From the human T2T-CHM13v2.0 reference genome, Homo sapiens, in the NCBI RefSeq assembly GCF_009914755.1, contig NC_060931.1: a stretch of DNA of 64,000 bases; one strand, written 5' to 3'. The notes beneath the pieces were generated by a model, which did not search any database, was not told where the DNA came from, and was given only the letters and a program-made list of their open reading frames with translations. Each line of letters opens with the position of its first letter. Within the stretch, counting starts at the first letter, position 1. Both the position numbers and the translations under genes were made by a program. This document shows positions 59,927 through 64,000 of this stretch, piece after piece.

Positions 59927-61483
59927 TTCTTAATTATTATTAATAGCATTAAACTTCACAACTCCACTAACAATTATTTAGACATAATTACAAGTTTTAC
60001 TGGTTACATTGCTCATTATCGTATCTTTACTTTCCTTCTCATGAGCTCTACATTCAGTCTTTTCCCTACAGTCAATAATTTTCCCTAGTGCTTTTCTTTT
60101 TTTTAATCCACTGAAAATGGACATAGGTGGCATATTTTCAGAGTCTTTGAATGTCCAAAAATGTCATACTTTCTTTCTTATATGAACAACCATCTGAGTA
60201 CAGAATTCTAAGATAAAATTCCTGTTTCCTTATAACTTATCCCAGTATTTAGTGCGGTGTTCTTCTAGTTTGCTTGTTAATTGTCCTTGGAATTTGGAAA
60301 TGTCATTATGACATGGCTAAAGTGCCTTTTCAATATTCTTACCCAGGACCTTTTAGATCTGATGACTTAAGTTTTTCCTCATCTTTCCTATTATTTTTGG
60401 AAGTTGTTTCTGTCTGTCTAGTAAAATTCACCCTTCAGGAACTCCAGTTACATGGGGTGGTACAGGTCTCAGGGTGGGTTGCAGGCATTGGGGATGCCAC
60501 CTGTGTTATGGGTTTCCTGTGGTTGTGCTATGCTTTTAGGCCTTGATCCCTGCTGGCCATCCAGAGTTGATCACCTGAGCCAGGCTGAATTCATCAAAAT
60601 TCTTCTTCGGGATTTTTTTTTTTTAAACTGAACTAAAGGATGCAAATCAGTCCTCCTGAGTAGAGGAGGAAGAGAGAGGTAAAATTTTTAGCTTGCAATC
60701 GATGTTGCTTTCTGCCCTGTGGAGAATCCCCATCTACAGTAAGAAAGAATAACCACATGAAGAAAGAAAAAGAAGTGGTGGCATTTGAAAACCTGGTTCT
60801 TGATTTTTACTTTGAAGTAAAGGAGAGTGTCAAGTTTCCATTTTAAATGACCAAATTGGCACCAAAGTGGACAGACCAAGAGAAAGGAGGCAGGAAAACA
60901 GGTGGAGAGAATATCTTCATGGTTCCCATAAGAGGTGATAAGAATCATTTTTGAGACTTTAATTATAGAGATGAGTTGAAAACATAACTATAAGTTAGAG
61001 TTGCTAGACCAGGTCATAGATTGGATGTGAAAGTGGGGAGACTAGAATGTGCCTAAGCTTTCTAGCTGTGTGACTGACAGACGCAAATGAGGATGAAATG
61101 GACATCACAGTGTAATAATAGGGAGAGTGAAGGAAGGCAGACACAAACAAGCACACAGTGTGCAATGCAGTTTCCATAAGCACAGCACTAGGCAAAACCA
61201 AGCTATGGAGTCTGAAATCAGTTTGGTAGACAGGGTTAGCAACGGTAATAGGTCATGAGGTGGCTGCTGAGGGCGTTGGCAATGTTCTGTTTCTTGATCT
61301 AGGTACTGCTTACCCATGAATATTCACTTTATGAAAAATACACTGAGCAGAATATGTATGATATGAACACTTTTCTATTTGAATTTCATGCTATAATAAA
61401 ATGTTAAAAGTAAGGGTGAGAGGCTGTGGGGATAAAGAGGGTGATTACCACTTAGAGTACTCTATATTTGAGGTAGCTATAGG

Positions 61484-61672
61484 ACAGTGGTTCTCAAAGT
61501 GTGGTCCTCTTGGCAATATTGGCATCACCTAGGAACCTGGTAGGAAAGCAAATCTTTGGGTTTCATTTTAGAGGCACTAAATCAAAAATTCTGGGGGCAG
61601 GGTCCAGCAATCTGTGTTTTAACAAGCTTCCAGGTGATTTTAATATGCATTACCATTTGAGAAAGAGTACTG
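61484..61672 (+). mobile_element. MER5A (hAT-Charlie MITE)
   Basis: cagtggttctcaaagtgtggtcc...ggtccagcaatctgtgttttaacaagc...tttgagaa. Confidence 0.85.
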
Positions 61673-62519
61673 TTGGATATCTAATGGATATATTAGGTAT
61701 TTGGCTAAGTATGGGCCTGAAGTTAAGTAGAAAATTGTTTGGGCTAGAAGTGTAGTTTAGTGATTTGCATCATTTATTTGAAGTGATCCTTGAAGCCATG
61801 AGAATAGATAAACTCTCTCAAGGACATTACGTACCATAAAAAGAAGGAAGAGTCCCCAGAAGATCCCTGGGAAACAGCGACATTTCAGGGATAAGTAGGA
61901 AAAGAAGATATTGCTTGAAATGACAAGCATAGATACACAAACATTATTCTGCTTTAAACTATGTTGGAGATGAATGTTCATATGGAAAGATTTTCATGAT
62001 GTATTTTAAGTGAAAGAAGGCAGGCAATAAAAGGGGGCAAAACTTACAATCACATATGCACACACTAATGATCTGTGAAGTGTGCAATTAAAACAATATT
62101 TTTATTTTCTTCCTTTTGCTTATCTGCACTTCCTATTTTTTCCAAATGTGAACTTGCCTACATTTTGTAAATAAGGGGAAAAAAATAAAATTTTTAAAAA
62201 GATAAAAGATATCTTGCACCCATGGAACTAGATACAACAGACATGAAGAGAATGCAGTTTTGAAATTTGAAACTGCACAGAAAATGCAGTTTTGAGATTT
62301 GAAACTGTTAAGACAAAAAGCACAATTGAACGATTTTCAACTGTAATAGAGGCAGAAAATTGGGTACTTCAGAAAACTGAAGTGGCTCATCGGAAGATGA
62401 GTTCTGTACATTCTTTCAGAATGTGGAAGAAAAGAACAAGAACCAGAACATAATGGGTGCAAAGGTAAGATAAATGCAGGACAGACAAAAGGAACCATTG
62501 TTTATGAAATCCAGAGGTC

Positions 62520-63060
62520 AGTGCTGGCTTCCACTGCTGCTCTTCCAACTTTTTCCCACCCACAAAATAGCTAGAGTGATCTATTAACAGTGTAAATCAG
62601 ACCAGGTCACTCCCTTAGTTACATTCCTTCAGAGGCTTCCTATTGCATTTCACGTAACATACAAAATTCTCAGCTGGCTACAGAGCTGTGTTCACTCTCC
62701 CCTCCAGCAGACTCCCAGCACTCCAGCCACACTGGTCTTTCTGTTCTTTGAAGGCCAAGTTCTTCATCTCCAGGCCTTTGGGAATGCTGCTTCGTCCACT
62801 AGAAATGTTCTCAATTCTCTTCTTCCTTCAGGTCACAGCTTACGTTAAACTTCTGCAGGGAAGCGATCCTCCCTATGCTATATTTTCCCTCATCAGATGT
62901 ATCATCATATGTGGTTATAATTTACTTGTATATCTTTCACCACGGGATAAGCTGATTGGAGACAGGGACCATGTCTAATTCATTCTCTTGTGTTAGGCTG
63001 CGCATAACACAGTCCCTAGCACACAGTGGGTGCTCAAGAAGTCTTTGTTAATTAATGACT
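62520..63060 (+). mobile_element. L2 LINE 3' region
   Basis: ctccagccacactggtctt...cctagcacacagtgggtgctcaag. Confidence 0.75.
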
Positions 63061-63687
63061 GTCTCAAATGTTCTTCTATTTGTGTATTTTCATGGTTATT
63101 TCTAAAATAAGCTGGAAAATTGATTCCCTTCCATCTATGCTTATGCTACCATCTTACAGTGATATTGCCAGATGCTGGTGTTTAATTGCTGCTCCTCCTA
63201 TTACATAAACTAATTTCTAGAAGTAAGCTAACCAAATTTTAGGGCTGTGTTGTCCATTTGGAGCTTCTGAGTGAGGTATCCAGATGGTCTGGAAGAATGA
63301 AAATGACTTCGAAACCTGCCTTGCATAATCTCAGTGAGTAGTTTATGCATCGATAGACTCTAGTTCAATCAACGGCAGGGGCTATCTTTTAATTATGTTG
63401 TTTTCATTCTGTCATCTAAAACATTGCTGCACAAATTGTAGGTGTCTTATACATGCTTATTGATTTAATTAAAAGTTAATAGACGTGTTTTCTTGCAGAA
63501 TGGTAATTCAGTGTTTTCTCATTTTTACTGATCATCTCTTATCACCAAATGGAGCTTTCCTACTATGCTGATTAACGCCTGAAATAGTAGGATTTAGCTC
63601 CTTATTGAAAACAATAATTGAAGTTGTGATCTTTCAAAATCTCTCTAGAAATGTTATGCTTTTAGTCTCTTTTTTATCCATTATATG

Positions 63688-64000
63688 TGTATTAGTTATC
63701 CATTGCTGCATAACATATTACCCCAAAATTTAGGATTTTAGAACAACATTTATTACATCACAGTTTCTATAGGTCAGGAATCCAGGAAAGCTTACCTGGG
63801 TCCTCTGGCTCAGGATCTCTCAAAAGTGTGTAGTCATCTGAAAACTCAACCCAGGTAGGATCCTCTTCCAAGCTAACTCATTGGCTCCGGGCAGGCCTTA
63901 TTTTCTTCCTGGCTATTGGCTAGAGGCCTCAGTTCCTTGTCTTTTCACAGGGTAGCTCACAACATGGCAGCTTGCTTTTACTGGGGGAAAATTAAAAAAT
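63688..64000 (-). mobile_element. MLT1 (MaLR) LTR, runs off the window end
   Basis: tgtattagttatccattgctgcataac...cacagtttctataggtcaggaatcc. Confidence 0.8.

Overview
This is non-coding hominoid (human or great-ape) genomic DNA, either intergenic or deep intronic. The evidence is AluJ/S/Y SINEs, a 5'-truncated L1PA2/3-type LINE-1, and many older mammalian repeats (L1M, L2, MIR, MaLR/ERV LTRs, MER DNA transposons). I recognise no host protein-coding exon, rRNA, tRNA or CRISPR array. The only ORFs with a recognisable product are disrupted pieces of L1 ORF2p (46.1-48.3 kb). I cannot name the locus. Items worth follow-up: (i) a TE-free block at the window start dense in POU/homeodomain motifs, a candidate developmental enhancer; (ii) two CpG-retaining patches with CTCF-like motifs (15.5 and 17.3 kb) and a chain of good + strand splice sites that could form a lncRNA; (iii) a MER41-family LTR with GAS motifs inside a multi-layer TE nest; (iv) an apparently L1-mobilised, TSD-flanked, polyadenylated MIR-containing transcript end at 53.5 kb; (v) several micro-rearrangements with fold-back or templated junctions. 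Repeat subfamily names come from recalled consensus sequences and should be confirmed with RepeatMasker/Dfam. Boundaries of old repeats are approximate. I found no convincing evidence of a new biological system.
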